From IMG/VR virus record IMGVR_UViG_3300020368_000006, positions 1 to 26,970 of that record: DNA of 26,970 nt; one strand, given 5' to 3'. Positions 25,528 to 26,970 of the stretch are shown piece after piece; positions within the stretch are counted from its first letter, which is position 1; each line of letters opens with the position of its first letter. Origin of the DNA: a virus (Duplodnaviria > Caudoviricetes). The translations under genes were made by a program, and so were the position numbers. Under the pieces are notes generated by a model. It saw only the letters and a list, made by a program, of their open reading frames with translations, made no database searches and was not told where the DNA came from.

Positions 25528-26970
25528 ATGCAAAATAAGTGGGTTAATATAGCTCCACAGATTGCTTTAGAAATATTAGGACAACCAAAAACTAAAACAG
25601 ATAAAGAATGGCGGTGGGGTACAAAAGGAAGTTTTGTATTTAACATTGAAGCAGGTACTTTTTTTGACTTTGAGAATGACGAAGGTGGGGGAGTAGCTTG
25701 GTTATTAGAGACAAACAATGTAGATAAAGCTATACTTACAAAATTCGATCAAGGCTTTGCATCCAATGGCAACATTACCTCCGAAATAAATAATGTTGTC
25801 AGTCATAATGCTACTCCACTAAAAATGGGTGCAAAGCTTTTCTCTAGAGATGCTTTATTAAAACTTTGGTCGCAAGCTGAGATTAAACTTAAATACAACG
25901 ATAGCTTTTTAGTCTTACGCTTTCCAGAAGGACATACGATCAAACAAAAGTATGCACCTTTTACTAAGGTTGGCGAACAATGGGTAATGCGTAGGCCAGA
26001 GGGCAAGTTGCCTATCTATAGCGAGTGCAATCATCCTGATAAGCCAATACTGATTAATGAAGGCGAGAAGGCGTGCTTGGGAGCAGGCAAGCTCTATGAT
26101 GGCGATGTTGCCTGTTGGCATGGTGGAGCTAAGTCTTGGGAGAAATCAGATTGGACACCTGTATTCAAGAGAGATATTTACATCTTTCCAGACAATGATG
26201 ATGTAGGTAAGGAAGCTGCGTGGGAGCTAGGAAAGTATTTAAAGAAGAATGGATGTAGTGTAAGGATAGCTTTACCACCTAAAGACTTTGCAGAGAAGGA
26301 CGATCTTTGGGATGCCAATGAAGCAAATTACTTTGATAATAGTTTTGCATTAGAGCAATACATCAAAGGTAATCAAATGTTACCGCCTAAAAGCGATATT
26401 TACTTTCAGCGTATCGATGAGGTTATGGCAGAAGTAAAAGAGCCTGATTGGTTGATACAAGATATGTTTGAAAGAGAATCAGTTATGTCTATCTTTGGTG
26501 CTGCTAAATCAGGCAAATCTTTTGTAGCTATCGCTATGGCGTGTGCTGTTGCTATGGGTGAAGAGTTTTATGGAAGTGCAAGTAAACAGGCAACTACTCT
26601 TTATTTGTGTGGAGAAGGCAAGAGAGGAGTTGGCAGACGTATAAAAGCTTATGAGCAATACTTTAATAAAGACTTATCAAAAGCACCACTACTGTTATCT
26701 AACAGAGGTGCAAGGATCACAGAGGATGATGAATTTGATAAGCTGTTGACAACTTGCAGAGAGATAGAAGAACAATATGGAAGTATTGGATTAATTATAT
26801 TTGATACATTTCAACGTAATTTTTCAGGTAATGAAAACTCTAGTGAAGATGTTGGTTTATTTATACAACGCTTAGATAAGTTAGTTGCAGAGTTTGGTGC
26901 TACTTGTTGCTTTGTGCATCATACAGGCCATGGATCAAACGCTAGAGCAAGAGGATCAAGCGTTATACAA
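25528..26970 (+). CDS. Primase-helicase (Toprim + RecA-like AAA_25 ATPase), truncated by the window end; absent from the ORF track
   Basis: Own translation from ATG 25528: Toprim INEGEKA and FPDNDDVG, Walker A GAAKSGKS, YLCGEG, Walker B IIFDTFQR, VHHTGH...ARGSS. Confidence 0.9.
   Translation, partial: MQNKWVNIAPQIALEILGQPKTKTDKEWRWGTKGSFVFNIEAGTFFDFENDEGGGVAWLLETNNVDKAILTKFDQGFASNGNITSEINNVVSHNATPLKMGAKLFSRDALLKLWSQAEIKLKYNDSFLVLRFPEGHTIKQKYAPFTKVGEQWVMRRPEGKLPIYSECNHPDKPILINEGEKACLGAGKLYDGDVACWHGGAKSWEKSDWTPVFKRDIYIFPDNDDVGKEAAWELGKYLKKNGCSVRIALPPKDFAEKDDLWDANEANYFDNSFALEQYIKGNQMLPPKSDIYFQRIDEVMAEVKEPDWLIQDMFERESVMSIFGAAKSGKSFVAIAMACAVAMGEEFYGSASKQATTLYLCGEGKRGVGRRIKAYEQYFNKDLSKAPLLLSNRGARITEDDEFDKLLTTCREIEEQYGSIGLIIFDTFQRNFSGNENSSEDVGLFIQRLDKLVAEFGATCCFVHHTGHGSNARARGSSVIQ

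Larger units (their letters stand above)
1..26970 (+). mobile_element. Tailed dsDNA bacteriophage genome segment (lambda-like siphovirus architecture)
   Basis: Contiguous terminase-portal-capsid-tail-lysis-replication genes on one strand with TAATG/ATGA overlaps. No host housekeeping genes. Confidence 0.97.

Noticed and set aside
30-26121. All minus-strand ORFs in the track (e.g. 30-329, 7548-7871, 9411-9716, 25521-25718)
   Set aside because: They are antisense shadows of well-supported + strand genes and show no recognisable motifs.
1-26970. CRISPR array, tRNA, integrase/att site or stop-codon reassignment
   Set aside because: No spaced repeats, cloverleaf or integrase seen. TAA, TAG and TGA all end genes and coding density is already near complete.

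Overview
The window is about 27 kb of an AT-rich, tightly packed, lambda-like long-tailed (siphovirus-type) phage genome, with every credible gene on the + strand. The gene styles resemble marine or aquatic phages, but the host cannot be read from the sequence. Gene order: 3' end of a tail-completion-like gene, candidate cos site, terS, terL (GpA type), gpW-like adaptor, lambda-type portal, one 897-aa polyprotein (two or three accessory modules + HK97-type prohead protease + major capsid), head-tail and tail genes with a -1 frameshifted chaperone, a 591-aa tape measure, tail-tip genes, a 1856-aa hub/fibre with an S74 chaperone, a putative adhesin, lysis genes and a PD-(D/E)XK nuclease. After a promoter at about 20.72 kb comes an early/replication block: small ORFs, YqaJ exonuclease, C5 DNA methyltransferase, resolvase, SSB and a primase-helicase cut by the window end. 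No integrase, repressor, tRNA, CRISPR array or reverse transcriptase was seen. Most notable: (1) the accessory-domain capsid polyprotein with internal in-frame starts; (2) duplicated start and end stubs of the exonuclease gene that bracket newly acquired genes; (3) direct repeats bracketing tail-fibre modules; (4) near-total absence of Pro-Gly and Gly-Pro, consistent with CCNGG/GGNCC avoidance. Family assignments come from motif recognition by eye, not database searches.
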